Made by a program: the position numbers and the translations under genes. Shown here piece after piece: positions 18,905-27,834 of a stretch of DNA of 64,000 nt. The DNA is from an uncultured virus (IMG/VR IMGVR_UViG_3300030099_006113) (Duplodnaviria > Heunggongvirae > Uroviricota > Caudoviricetes). The stretch is taken from positions 1 to 64,000 of the IMG/VR virus record IMGVR_UViG_3300030099_006113; one strand, 5' to 3'. Position 1 is the stretch's first letter. The number at the start of each line of letters is the position of its first letter. Under the pieces are notes generated by a model, which did not search any database, was not told where the DNA came from, and saw nothing but the letters and a program-made list of their open reading frames with translations.

Positions 18905-19515
18905 TGACGCAATGCGTCTGACATGCACCACATGTAGTGTAGTGCTACATAGGGCAACGTGTGGCAACGTATGGCAACCTTCAGGCTTCGCCTTCTGAGG
19001 TGAGTTCTCGGCCGGCCTAGGCCATAGGCCCAGTTAGGCCAGAAAGCCGCTCACAATCGATTCTAGGGGCCATGGCGCCCACTTGCGTCCCCTTGGGCCC
19101 TTGGGCCATGGCTAGGGCGCCCCTGGGGGGCAATTTAGGCGGTTTCACATATTTGTTGAGTGTTTTCAGGCACTTAGAGCCGAATTTGCAAGTATGCAGG
19201 GTATCGAATTTCCGAAAAGCTTAATGAAATCAGCAGGTTAGCTCACTTATAGGTTTAATATATATAATCTCTCTCTTTCTCTCTCTCTCTCTCTCCTACC
19301 GTTGCCTACCCGTTGCCCTTCCTTTGCCTCCCTGTCACCCTCCCGTTGCCTGCCTGTCTCACACTCGCTCACTCTCCCTGGGGCCCAAAACAGACAAAAA
19401 ACAAAGAAACGTACATTTTTCATTTTCCCCAACAATTCCACACACTTACGGCCCCATATTGCTTGCTGAGACGTCGAAAGTTTGTTGAAAACAACACCTA
19501 CCGTCAAACAATTGA

Positions 19516-19545
19516 TTGACGTTCATTCTCAAGTATGACCATAAT
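19516..19545 (+). promoter_or_regulatory. Putative sigma70 early promoter
   Basis: TTGACG-N18-CATAAT upstream of the first early ORF. Confidence 0.5.
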
Positions 19546-19583
19546 CAGGGGCGAGCAGAACACTAACCGAAAGGGTAACAATC

Positions 19584-19757
19584 ATGACACGTCGCGTCAA
19601 TCGGGTCGGAAAAGCAAACAGCAATGTTAAGTATTGGTTGGGCAAAATCACATTCTACCACTTGGGTGATTCGCCTCGAATGGTCACCGCCATTGCCAAG
19701 GACTTGAAGCAAGCGTACCGCGAATTGGAGGTTGCGCAAGCCATGGCTCAACAGTAG
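19584..19757 (+). CDS. Early hypothetical protein, 57 aa (not in ORF track)
   Basis: MTRRVNRVGK...AQAMAQQ; SD-like GAAAGGGT. Confidence 0.6.
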   Translation: MTRRVNRVGKANSNVKYWLGKITFYHLGDSPRMVTAIAKDLKQAYRELEVAQAMAQQ

Positions 19758-19839
19758 TCCAGCCCCACAACCTAACCCACCTCGGCCGCTCTATGCGGCC
19801 TTTGGTGGTAAGATCTAACCACAAACAAAGGGTAACATT

Positions 19840-19962
19840 ATGTCATACATCAAACTACAACGAGCCATGGCCACCAACAATCTCTCATGGGCCATGCGCC
19901 TACACTACCGTAAAACGTTTCGTTGCACTGTGTCACAAATCATCGACGCACTAACCTACTGA
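19840..19962 (+). CDS. Early hypothetical peptide, 40 aa (not in ORF track)
   Basis: MSYIKLQRAM...IIDALTY; SD-like AAAGGGT. Confidence 0.55.
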   Translation: MSYIKLQRAMATNNLSWAMRLHYRKTFRCTVSQIIDALTY

Positions 19963-19974
19963 GGAGTCAGAGCA

Positions 19975-20412
19975 ATGACATTGCAAATCACTATCGACGC
20001 ACTAGCCGCTACAGCCAAGGCGACCCCCCGCTTGGTGCATTCACCCTATAAAGGTACTGAAGGCAGTCTTCGGGGTCATTGCTACGTACTATGCGAAGCG
20101 CTGAGCCAGTGCTTCAAATGGCTTAGACCCGCCTACCTCAATCATGAAATGTGGCCGGAGGGGCTAGCCCCTGGTGAGACCCACTGGTTCTTGGTGAATG
20201 AATGCGAAAGTATTGAGAATGGGGCGCAGTACTACACCCGCAAATTTGTGGACCCTACGGCGGAGCAATTCAACGGGCTTGAAATTCCGTACCACAAGGG
20301 CAAGCGCTGTGGTTATCTCACCAGTGAGCCAAGCCGCCGATGCATGGACCTTCTAAGAAAGGCCGGCATTTTCAATGAGGATGGGGCCCGCGTTTGGACG
20401 TGGAAGGGTTAG
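19975..20412 (+). CDS. Early protein with putative Cys-His-Asp triad
   Basis: GHCY, THWFL and VDPTAEQF motifs; SD GAGGAG. Confidence 0.65.
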   Translation: MTLQITIDALAATAKATPRLVHSPYKGTEGSLRGHCYVLCEALSQCFKWLRPAYLNHEMWPEGLAPGETHWFLVNECESIENGAQYYTRKFVDPTAEQFNGLEIPYHKGKRCGYLTSEPSRRCMDLLRKAGIFNEDGARVWTWKG

Positions 20413-20487
20413 GCCCCGCTTACATAGAACCACATTGCCCGCTTTCCGCGGGCTTTTGTGGTGTAACCACATTGAAAGGGTGAAGAC

Positions 20488-20757
20488 GTGCCAAAATTCT
20501 TGAACAATGTTCCCGACGATTGGAACAACTACTGGACGAGGTGTGAAGTGTGCGGCGCGCGTATCCACGCATCTGACGGTGTTTGCTGTGAACCGGAACC
20601 GGAGACTGGTAAGGCAGGCACATTCGAGGGATTCCAAGACCAGCTGGACGGACTGAGTGAAGACCAATGGGAAACCCTACAACGTCTCATGTATGCGAGC
20701 GATTGCCCAAAGCTGTTGGCGTTCTTCGAGGGATTGGAATTGACTCCTACTGAATAA
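20488..20757 (+). CDS. Early hypothetical protein, CxxC zinc-ribbon-like
   Basis: CEVCG...HASDGVCC; GTG start with AAAGGGT. Confidence 0.6.
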   Translation: MPKFLNNVPDDWNNYWTRCEVCGARIHASDGVCCEPEPETGKAGTFEGFQDQLDGLSEDQWETLQRLMYASDCPKLLAFFEGLELTPTE

Positions 20758-20824
20758 CTGTTGTACGATTGTTTAACGCCTAGGGATTGAGCCCCCTAGG
20801 CCACAACTTGAAAGGGTAAACATC

Positions 20825-21550
20825 ATGGCACAGACACGCCATCACTACACCAAAAGACCGTCGGCTAACGTCAAAACTGGCCCGGTTACAGTCACTAGAA
20901 CCACAACAGAAACATGCCCAAAGTCATGCCCATTGCTTGGCAATGGCTGCTACGACCAACAAGGGAATGGCAACATACATCGGACCAAGGTTGACGCGGG
21001 CAAGTATGAGACCGTATCGGTCAGCGAGTATATGCGAGCTATTCGGAACTTTACCTACATCTACAGACACAATGAAGGCGGTGACTTATGGAACGGTAAA
21101 ACATCCGAGCATATTTGTGCTGACACGCTCAAGACATTTGCCGCGTCCAACCGATTGTACCGACGTACGCCAATTGTCTACACTCACAAGGCATGTGTAG
21201 GTAAGCGCTCACACTGGGCAATCCGAAAGAAAAACCGGGAGGCCATCAAAGATAGTGGAGCCGGGTTTGCCATCAATGCCAGCGTAGAATCACTGGCCGA
21301 CGTCGACGAAGCCCTAGAGCATGGCCTAGATTGCGTGGTGGTCCTGCCCTCTGACACTGGCAAGGGGCTGACTCGCACGCCTAAGGGTAACCGGGTTGTG
21401 ACATGCCCGGCCACGTATGGCCCAACACAGTGCGTCACATGTGGGTCGGGTAGGCCCCTGTGCACTCGTAAGGACCGGGGTTACGCCATTGGGTTTCCGG
21501 CCCACGGGGCAAGTAAGCGCAAAATCACTCTAAACATTTTGAAGGGGTAG
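20825..21550 (+). CDS. Cys-rich early protein (GP88/DUF7227-like, possible Fe-S)
   Basis: NVKTG, TCPKSCPL...CY, RHNEGGD, CPA...CVTC...LC...IGFPAHG. Confidence 0.6.
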   Translation: MAQTRHHYTKRPSANVKTGPVTVTRTTTETCPKSCPLLGNGCYDQQGNGNIHRTKVDAGKYETVSVSEYMRAIRNFTYIYRHNEGGDLWNGKTSEHICADTLKTFAASNRLYRRTPIVYTHKACVGKRSHWAIRKKNREAIKDSGAGFAINASVESLADVDEALEHGLDCVVVLPSDTGKGLTRTPKGNRVVTCPATYGPTQCVTCGSGRPLCTRKDRGYAIGFPAHGASKRKITLNILKG

Positions 21551-21554
21551 GGCC

Positions 21555-21737
21555 ATGGGCAAAACAACGATTGAATTTTTTCGGGGCCACCGCCGACAAT
21601 GGGTGGCCGCAATTTACCACAACAGTGTTTGCGTTAGCTGGCAGACTGTCGGGACTATGCGCAACGTTCGGCGAATCATCAAGAAACAATTGGAGCCCAT
21701 TGGGGCGAGCTATCGTATCTACGATTTGAAAGGGTAG
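21555..21737 (+). CDS. Early hypothetical protein
   Basis: GAAGGGGT SD; operon packing. Confidence 0.55.
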   Translation: MGKTTIEFFRGHRRQWVAAIYHNSVCVSWQTVGTMRNVRRIIKKQLEPIGASYRIYDLKG

Positions 21738-21741
21738 GACC

Positions 21742-21873
21742 ATGCAACAACTAGGGAAATTTCTAACACAAAGAGAAGCCGAGCAATTTATCAGGCGCTT
21801 AAGCAAGCCACGCCAGGCCTCGTATCTCATGATTGAGGAATGGGGTTACATCGTCGTGTATCGGGCGGATTGA
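21742..21873 (+). CDS. Early hypothetical peptide, 43 aa (not in ORF track)
   Basis: MQQLGKFLTQREAE...VYRAD; AAAGGGT SD. Confidence 0.55.
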   Translation: MQQLGKFLTQREAEQFIRRLSKPRQASYLMIEEWGYIVVYRAD

Positions 21874-21878
21874 AAATG

Positions 21879-22259
21879 TTAATCGTCGGCTTTTGGCTTC
21901 TTATCTTGTTCTTTGTCCTCTTCGCTTGTCTCACTTCTGACTCTCTCAATTAGCCACTCTATGGCTTTATCGGCGCCTCGGGCGATGTAGGTACTCCAGC
22001 CTGCATCGTTCAGGGCGTCCAACCATTTGCTTTGGTTGGCGCTAACGCTCCCCCCTGATTTCCTCTTGAGTTCAATGGCCGCCTGTATCGGCGCAAAGAT
22101 AAGCACATCCGGAACCCCTGACTTGACGCCCTGTCTTTTGAGCGAGGCCGCAACAACCTTGCGCCGATGACCCCCATTAGGAACGTGGCACCACAGGAAC
22201 TTCCGGCCGTCGAGATATGCCGCGAGCTTCATCTGTTCTTTCTCTTCACTGTCAACCAT
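21879..22259 (-). CDS. VRR-NUC domain nuclease
   Basis: HVPNGG, GVKSGVPD, IELK, SANQSKW. Confidence 0.85.
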   Translation of the reverse strand: MVDSEEKEQMKLAAYLDGRKFLWCHVPNGGHRRKVVAASLKRQGVKSGVPDVLIFAPIQAAIELKRKSGGSVSANQSKWLDALNDAGWSTYIARGADKAIEWLIERVRSETSEEDKEQDKKPKADD

Positions 22260-24336
22260 TGCCTTGGGTCCTCACATAGTATGTGGTGGGCCGACCTTTT
22301 TTCGGCTTGTGTCGTTTCATTGTCACCTGGCCCCCGTCAATCAAGTCTTTCAATATCTTCTGTCTTTGGTCCCTAGGGACTGCTCGCGTCTTTATGGTTA
22401 GGTCTGCTTGGCTTGTCCCTTCCCTGGTAATGTGGCGTAACACGCTCTTGAGCGTTCGTTCATGCTCGCTATCCGCTACACGGTCGACCACGTCAACCAC
22501 CGTTGTTTTGATTTGGTTTGTCACCAGCTCACATCCCCACGCCACATCGGCTAGCGATACCTCAGGCCGCTTGAAATCAATCCCGATAGCTCGAATCATG
22601 GCTATCTTGACGGCGTGCTCATAGGCGCGTGACCATAGAGCATCTGTGCCGCTTGAGCGATATTCAATCATCTGTCGGCGGATATTTTTCTCATAGTCGC
22701 CGAGATATTCTTTAGCTTCCGGCGATATGGGAACCGTATGCAGGGGGATATCCATGCTCCCGTTGGCGATATCCGCGCCATGGCCTTGCTTGGATTTGAT
22801 ATAGGATCGCACCATTTTAAAGTAACGGATAAGGGGCTCCGGTGGTTCAAGGGTGATGGGCTCCTGACGTTCGGGCATACTGTTACCGATATCAAAGATA
22901 ATCAATCGGTTCAGGAAGCCGTCCATAACCTGGGTGCTTTTGAGCGACTCATAGAAATGGTTCGGTGTGGTGGTCCCATAAAGCGACACACATGGCTGGA
23001 AGATATCCACCCGTGGCCGGTTGCCATCGGTGTCGGCGTATTGCATCCCACGGAAGGTGCCCTTGGCCCTGCTGAATAGCTCCAGTAACGTGGCCATGAT
23101 ATCGGCCTTGTGTGTGCTGGCATGCTTAGATGTTAAGGACTTGAGCATCAACCCGAACTCATCGATAGCTAGCATAGTAGCAGGCGAGCGCTGACAATGC
23201 TTGAGCAACCCCTGAGCCGATGACATCCGGCCCGTGCCTAGCCTTTCCCCCATGCCGGACTCATTAAAGAGCTGGTCAGCACAGTGCAGCGGGTGTTCTT
23301 TTCCTGAGCCAGAGAAGCCAATCGAGCACGAATAGATATTGGTGCGCAGGTTGGTGGGGCTCCTGTAGTACCGGCCATAGAGCGTGCCTAGGATGGGCAG
23401 GGCCGCAGCCAAAGATAGCACCGGCTGGGGATATATGGCCGTGCGGTTGATGAACTCGCAGATGGCACCGAGCGCACCGGGCACCTCTAGCAGGTGAGCG
23501 GGCACACCCTTGACGGCGATACCTTCAATGGGCTTGGGTTCAAACCCTTCATGCTCGATAGCTAGGGCGTCATCAGGATTGTTGCGCAGGTGAGTTGTGA
23601 CAACACTTGCTAGTGTGGTGTCTAGCTCGTCTCTCTCCAGAGGGTCTGGGTTGGTATCGTTCCACTGGGTTAACAATCCCTTAATAGACTTTAGGTCATG
23701 CCCCTCGTGGATATACTGGCCCACTAGGGATGCGGCCGCGTTGTTGCGACCACCCTCTTCAACCGGCGACCCGTCGTGTGCATCCCTGACCGTCGTGGAG
23801 TCAAATAGGTATTCTGTATTTTGTTCGACGCCGTTGTATGCGTTGATGTGCGCGATATCCTCACGACTGAGACAGGGTAGGTCGTCAAATGATTGAGCGC
23901 CGGCGGCCTTGTCTATCACCCAGCGATATCGCTTGCCGCTTGTATGCCTGGATGGCGGACCCACCACATAACCACCCATGCCCCTGACGTCCACTTTGGC
24001 GTCAACGTTGACAGAGTTTCGAATCTCAAAATCGGACGCACCGTAGTAGAAGTGCATGCCCTTGCCAGTCTGCGCTGCCCACGGGGTGCGCGGTAGGTTA
24101 TCGATTACCCACTTGATTGACTCGCGTGAGTCAGCATCGACAACCACCACGTCTTTACCCGTGATAATACCAACGTTCGCCGTTGGCCACCTTCCCCACC
24201 AGGCCTCCACATCCTCTTGGGTCGGTGTCTCATTTTGATATTTCGCCCATGGTATGAGCGCCTTCTTTCCCTGCAATGGGATGACCCGCATCCCGTTGTC
24301 CCACATTGCTAATGCACTATCCAACATTGTTGCCAC
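22252..24336 (-). CDS. Bifunctional primase-polymerase with PriCT and C-terminal P-loop (DUF3987-like) helicase
   Basis: NVGIITG, VVVDAD, GMHFYY, DVRGMGGYVVGPPSRH; GGRNNA (PriCT); SGSGKE Walker A; IDEFG. Confidence 0.85.
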   Translation of the reverse strand: MATMLDSALAMWDNGMRVIPLQGKKALIPWAKYQNETPTQEDVEAWWGRWPTANVGIITGKDVVVVDADSRESIKWVIDNLPRTPWAAQTGKGMHFYYGASDFEIRNSVNVDAKVDVRGMGGYVVGPPSRHTSGKRYRWVIDKAAGAQSFDDLPCLSREDIAHINAYNGVEQNTEYLFDSTTVRDAHDGSPVEEGGRNNAAASLVGQYIHEGHDLKSIKGLLTQWNDTNPDPLERDELDTTLASVVTTHLRNNPDDALAIEHEGFEPKPIEGIAVKGVPAHLLEVPGALGAICEFINRTAIYPQPVLSLAAALPILGTLYGRYYRSPTNLRTNIYSCSIGFSGSGKEHPLHCADQLFNESGMGERLGTGRMSSAQGLLKHCQRSPATMLAIDEFGLMLKSLTSKHASTHKADIMATLLELFSRAKGTFRGMQYADTDGNRPRVDIFQPCVSLYGTTTPNHFYESLKSTQVMDGFLNRLIIFDIGNSMPERQEPITLEPPEPLIRYFKMVRSYIKSKQGHGADIANGSMDIPLHTVPISPEAKEYLGDYEKNIRRQMIEYRSSGTDALWSRAYEHAVKIAMIRAIGIDFKRPEVSLADVAWGCELVTNQIKTTVVDVVDRVADSEHERTLKSVLRHITREGTSQADLTIKTRAVPRDQRQKILKDLIDGGQVTMKRHKPKKGRPTTYYVRTQGNG

Positions 24337-24365
24337 GACTCCCCTCCGAGCTGGCTATAGATTAT

Positions 24366-24563
24366 CTATTCGTTGTCGTCATCACCCTGCGCATTCTTCT
24401 CCATTTCCTGCAATCCCATCACCATAGCTTGCCTCAGCACGTCACTTCGGTTAGGTTTCGCACCGGGGTAGCGGACAATGTCTTTCTCTAGAAACGGGAT
24501 AAGACTGTCTGCCAAATTAATCACTTCCTCTGAGAGCCTGAGCCCTGTTACCTTTAACGCCAT
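24366..24563 (-). CDS. Small regulator, ribbon-helix-helix-like
   Basis: TGLRLS...NRSDVLRQAM; first gene of the divergent unit. Confidence 0.55.
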   Translation of the reverse strand: MALKVTGLRLSEEVINLADSLIPFLEKDIVRYPGAKPNRSDVLRQAMVMGLQEMEKNAQGDDDNE

Positions 24564-24670
24564 GCGTTAACTCCTTGTTAGTGTTACCGTTATCTTTGTA
24601 GCACACATCGGTCAGACAGTCAAGCCTCGTTCTTTTTTTCTTTTTTTGTACACGCCTTGTCTTTTTGTGC

Positions 24671-24699
24671 TTGACCTGTACAACGGCAATTGATAGATT
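24671..24699 (+). promoter_or_regulatory. Sigma70 promoter of recombination/replication operon
   Basis: TTGACC-N17-TAGATT. A weaker divergent TTGACT-N17-TACAAA lies at 24595-24623. Confidence 0.55.
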
Positions 24700-24722
24700 G
24701 GGATTAACGAAAGGGGGCCGCC

Positions 24723-25130
24723 ATGGCCGATGCAAACAGAAAACCACAACCAGTTGATGTCCTAGGCTTTGAGCTAGCCAAGGCAAAAGAACTGGAAGCG
24801 AGCGCGCGTGAGAAGCGCGTGCAGATTGAACAGAAGCTAATCGAGGCGATTGGTGCCAAGGAAGAAGGCGCGACTACGCAGACGGGTAACTACTTTAAGG
24901 TCACCACCACCGGCAAGCTGACACGCAAGTTGGATGTGAAGGCATTCAATCAGATTGCAGCGCAGCTAGGCGAGCATGCACCCGTGAAGACTACGGTCTC
25001 GCTGGATGTGCGTAAGCTCAAGAAGTTGGCAGTGGATGAGCCAGCTTTGTTCTCACTGATGCTTGACGTTATCGAGACTAAGCCAGCGAAGACAGCAGTG
25101 ACAGTTGTGGAGGTGAGTGATGCAGATTGA
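24723..25130 (+). CDS. Phage protein (Gp157/Gam-like coiled-coil family)
   Basis: AKAKELEA...IEQKL...KPAKTAVTV; typical neighbour of Sak4. Confidence 0.55.
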   Translation: MADANRKPQPVDVLGFELAKAKELEASAREKRVQIEQKLIEAIGAKEEGATTQTGNYFKVTTTGKLTRKLDVKAFNQIAAQLGEHAPVKTTVSLDVRKLKKLAVDEPALFSLMLDVIETKPAKTAVTVVEVSDAD

Positions 25131-25449
25131 ACTAACGATTGAGATTGATGACAGCGTCGTCATGTCTGCGGTTGAGAGCGGGCTAGAGTACATCAGCCAG
25201 ACATGGGGTGAGGTATCCAAGCGCCCATCCGTGATGGGGTCCTCCTGGATCGTTGTCGAGAACGACCCGGACTTGGCGGATGCAGGCAGCCATCAGACCC
25301 TGGGGCGTTTAGAGATTATCGACGGGGTGAAGCACCTGGCAATGGATGAGCCGGCAGAATACGCCAAGCTAATGACGGGTAATGCTGATGAGCACACTGG
25401 CAGCCTTATTGTCCAGTACGGGCTATGGAGTGTATCGAGATATGTCTAA
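25117..25449 (+). CDS. Hypothetical acidic protein
   Basis: SD GGAGGT; operon packing. Confidence 0.6.
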   Translation: MMQIELTIEIDDSVVMSAVESGLEYISQTWGEVSKRPSVMGSSWIVVENDPDLADAGSHQTLGRLEIIDGVKHLAMDEPAEYAKLMTGNADEHTGSLIVQYGLWSVSRYV

Positions 25450-25681
25450 TCCTTTTCCAGATACTCAGCAGGATATTGAGCGCCGTGCGATTCGTAGAGA
25501 GTTGGACCGGCTACGGGAGATGGCGCGTGCCATTGAAGATGAGGCCAGCGAGTTGGCCAACGAGATAACCAAGTTCGAGGATGGGCTTGAAGAGAGGTGG
25601 GAGAAGGAGGACGGCGATACTTTAGATGATTCTGTCGACATCCCGACCCTTGTCCGCAGACATCGAAGGAGAAACTCATGA
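25442..25681 (+). CDS. Hypothetical coiled-coil protein
   Basis: Likely start MSNPF overlapping the upstream stop. Confidence 0.5.
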   Translation: MSNPFPDTQQDIERRAIRRELDRLREMARAIEDEASELANEITKFEDGLEERWEKEDGDTLDDSVDIPTLVRRHRRRNS

Positions 25682-25902
25682 TGTACTACCCAAAGAGCAA
25701 TGAGCTTATCTTTACAGACGAGCACGTCAAGGCACTTGCAAAGGCGCATAAGGTTTTGGCTCGTGCCCGTGATTTATTGGAGCACGTCGAAGACGGCATC
25801 GTTATTGGCGATAACCACTACAGTATCGTCGTTGCCGAAGGTCGACTTGCGGACATTATTGAGGAACTAACACCTGGCAACGGATTGGATGTGGGGCAAT
25901 GA
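25678..25902 (+). CDS. Hypothetical protein
   Basis: ATGA overlap; SD AAGGAG. Confidence 0.6.
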   Translation: MMYYPKSNELIFTDEHVKALAKAHKVLARARDLLEHVEDGIVIGDNHYSIVVAEGRLADIIEELTPGNGLDVGQ

Positions 25903-26576
25903 AGTTGATTAGCACAAACCAACTAGGCCGAGAGGATAACACAAGCATCGTGGGCTACGGCCCATCGGGGGCGGGGAAGACATTTGCTATCTCGACTATC
26001 GAGGAGCCATGTCTGATCCTGAGTGCAGAGGCAGGCCTGCGTTCCTTAGCTGACTTCGATATTCCGGCTGTTGAGATTGAACACCCTGGGCAACTGGTGG
26101 ACGTTCTCAATTGGCTGGCAAGCTCGAAGGAGGCCGAGCAATATACGTGGGTCTGTCTCGACTCAATCAGTGAGATTGCAGAGCAGATACTAGCGGTGGA
26201 GCTGAAGGCCAACAAGGATGGGCGTAAGGCCTATGGCGAGATGGCAACGAAGACCACATCTATAGTTCGCGCGTTTCGTGACCTGAAGAAGTGTGTGTAC
26301 ATGACAGCCAAGCAGGAGCGCGTGAAAGATGAGTTTACGGGCGGCCTGGTCTGCGCGCCGGATATGCCGGGGCAGCGCATGCGTCAGCAGTTGCCTTACC
26401 TGGTGGACCACGTGTTTGCATTGCAGGCGCGCAAGGATGCCGAGGGTAAGATTCAGAGATATTTTCAAACAATGGGCGACGAGAAGTTTGTCGCTAAAAG
26501 CAGAGGTGGCAGGCTGAAGCAGTTCGTTCCGCCCAACTTGACACGTATTAACAACCTTTTGAAAGGGGTAGAGTAA
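25899..26576 (+). CDS. Sak4-like AAA_24 ATPase (single-strand annealing)
   Basis: YGPSGAGKT, SAEAGL, LDSISE, AKSR. Confidence 0.85.
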   Translation: MKLISTNQLGREDNTSIVGYGPSGAGKTFAISTIEEPCLILSAEAGLRSLADFDIPAVEIEHPGQLVDVLNWLASSKEAEQYTWVCLDSISEIAEQILAVELKANKDGRKAYGEMATKTTSIVRAFRDLKKCVYMTAKQERVKDEFTGGLVCAPDMPGQRMRQQLPYLVDHVFALQARKDAEGKIQRYFQTMGDEKFVAKSRGGRLKQFVPPNLTRINNLLKGVE

Positions 26577-27004
26577 TGGCATATTTTTCTTTTGATACAA
26601 GCGACATTGAAAGTGGGCTTATTCCGGACGGGACTGTCCTGAAGGTGTCGGTGGTTGACTCTGATATCGTTGAGCGCGATTGGGGCCTGCGTATGCCGGT
26701 GACGGTTGAGGTGCTTGAAGGTCAGTGGCAGGGCACCCGCATCAGCGATGGTTACAACATCAAGCACCACAAGCCAAAGGTTCAGGCCATTGGGCAAAAG
26801 CAGCTAAAGCGATTGTGTGAGGCGGTTGGCGTTGAGAGGTTTAAGGATACTCACGAGCTTCATGGCAAGCCGTTTATGCTAACCGTTAAGATTGAGGCCG
26901 GTACCGGCGGCTACGATGACAGTAACAAGTTTGCAAAGATGGAGGCCTGCGCCGATGCGGCCGTTCCATCCAATGAAGACGGAAAGGCGCCTTGGGAGCT
27001 ATGA
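26576..27004 (+). CDS. DUF669-like single-stranded DNA-binding protein
   Basis: Follows Sak4; ELHGKPF; acidic tail ending APWEL. Confidence 0.75.
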   Translation: MAYFSFDTSDIESGLIPDGTVLKVSVVDSDIVERDWGLRMPVTVEVLEGQWQGTRISDGYNIKHHKPKVQAIGQKQLKRLCEAVGVERFKDTHELHGKPFMLTVKIEAGTGGYDDSNKFAKMEACADAAVPSNEDGKAPWEL

Positions 27005-27834
27005 CCAAGTTTGTGTTCGACCCTGACGGGGACGTTGCACGGGCCATCGATGATGACAGGGCGAGTAAGCAGGGAGACGGCCAACGCGCACACTTGGGCT
27101 GCTCCATTATCGGACGGGACTGTCCCCGCGAGATCTGGTACTCGTTTAGATGGGCCGCGCAAGTTCAATGGTCGGGTCGAATGCTACGCCTTTTTGACCG
27201 AGGGCAGAGAGAAGAAGTCACTCTCGTCTCTCTTCTTCGGGCCATCGGCTGCGAGGTCTGGGATCACACCCCCCACGGTGATCAATACCGGGTCTCGTTC
27301 GCCGATGGTTACATCGGTGGCAGTGTGGACGGGATAGCCAAGGGGATACCTAACGACCCGGACACGCCATACCTTCTTGAGTTCAAGACGCACAATGACA
27401 AGAGCTTTCAGGAGCTAAAGAAGAAAGGCATGATTGAGTCTAAGCCAGCTCACCATGCGCAGATGCAGCTATACATGAAGGGCCTCAATCTTCGGGACGG
27501 ATTGTATATGGCTGTGAATAAGAACGATGATGAACTGTATACAGAGCACGTTACTTATGATGAGAGCGTGGCTAGGGAGTATCTCGGCAGGGGGCTGGAT
27601 ATTGTGGAGTCCCGTGTCCCATTGCCAAAGATATCCAATCGTCCAGACTGGTATCAGTGCAAGTGGTGTCACTATTCGGGGCAGTGCCACAAGGGGCTGC
27701 CACTATCGAAGAACTGTAGGACTTGTGAGCACGTCCGCATGCCAGGAGCAGGCAAGTGGGAATGCGGGCTTACGAGCAAAGAGCTGTCAGTAACAGAGCA
27801 AAAGAATGGGTGTGAAGAATGGAAGTCAGTCTAA
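27001..27834 (+). CDS. Cas4-like PD-(D/E)XK exonuclease
   Basis: HLGCS, CPREIWY, GSVDG, LEFKT, QMQLYM, CKWC...C cluster. Confidence 0.85.
   Translation: MTKFVFDPDGDVARAIDDDRASKQGDGQRAHLGCSIIGRDCPREIWYSFRWAAQVQWSGRMLRLFDRGQREEVTLVSLLRAIGCEVWDHTPHGDQYRVSFADGYIGGSVDGIAKGIPNDPDTPYLLEFKTHNDKSFQELKKKGMIESKPAHHAQMQLYMKGLNLRDGLYMAVNKNDDELYTEHVTYDESVAREYLGRGLDIVESRVPLPKISNRPDWYQCKWCHYSGQCHKGLPLSKNCRTCEHVRMPGAGKWECGLTSKELSVTEQKNGCEEWKSV

Noticed and set aside
19268..19295. (CT)n microsatellite as eukaryotic contamination
   Set aside because: Short, and embedded in a coherent phage control region.
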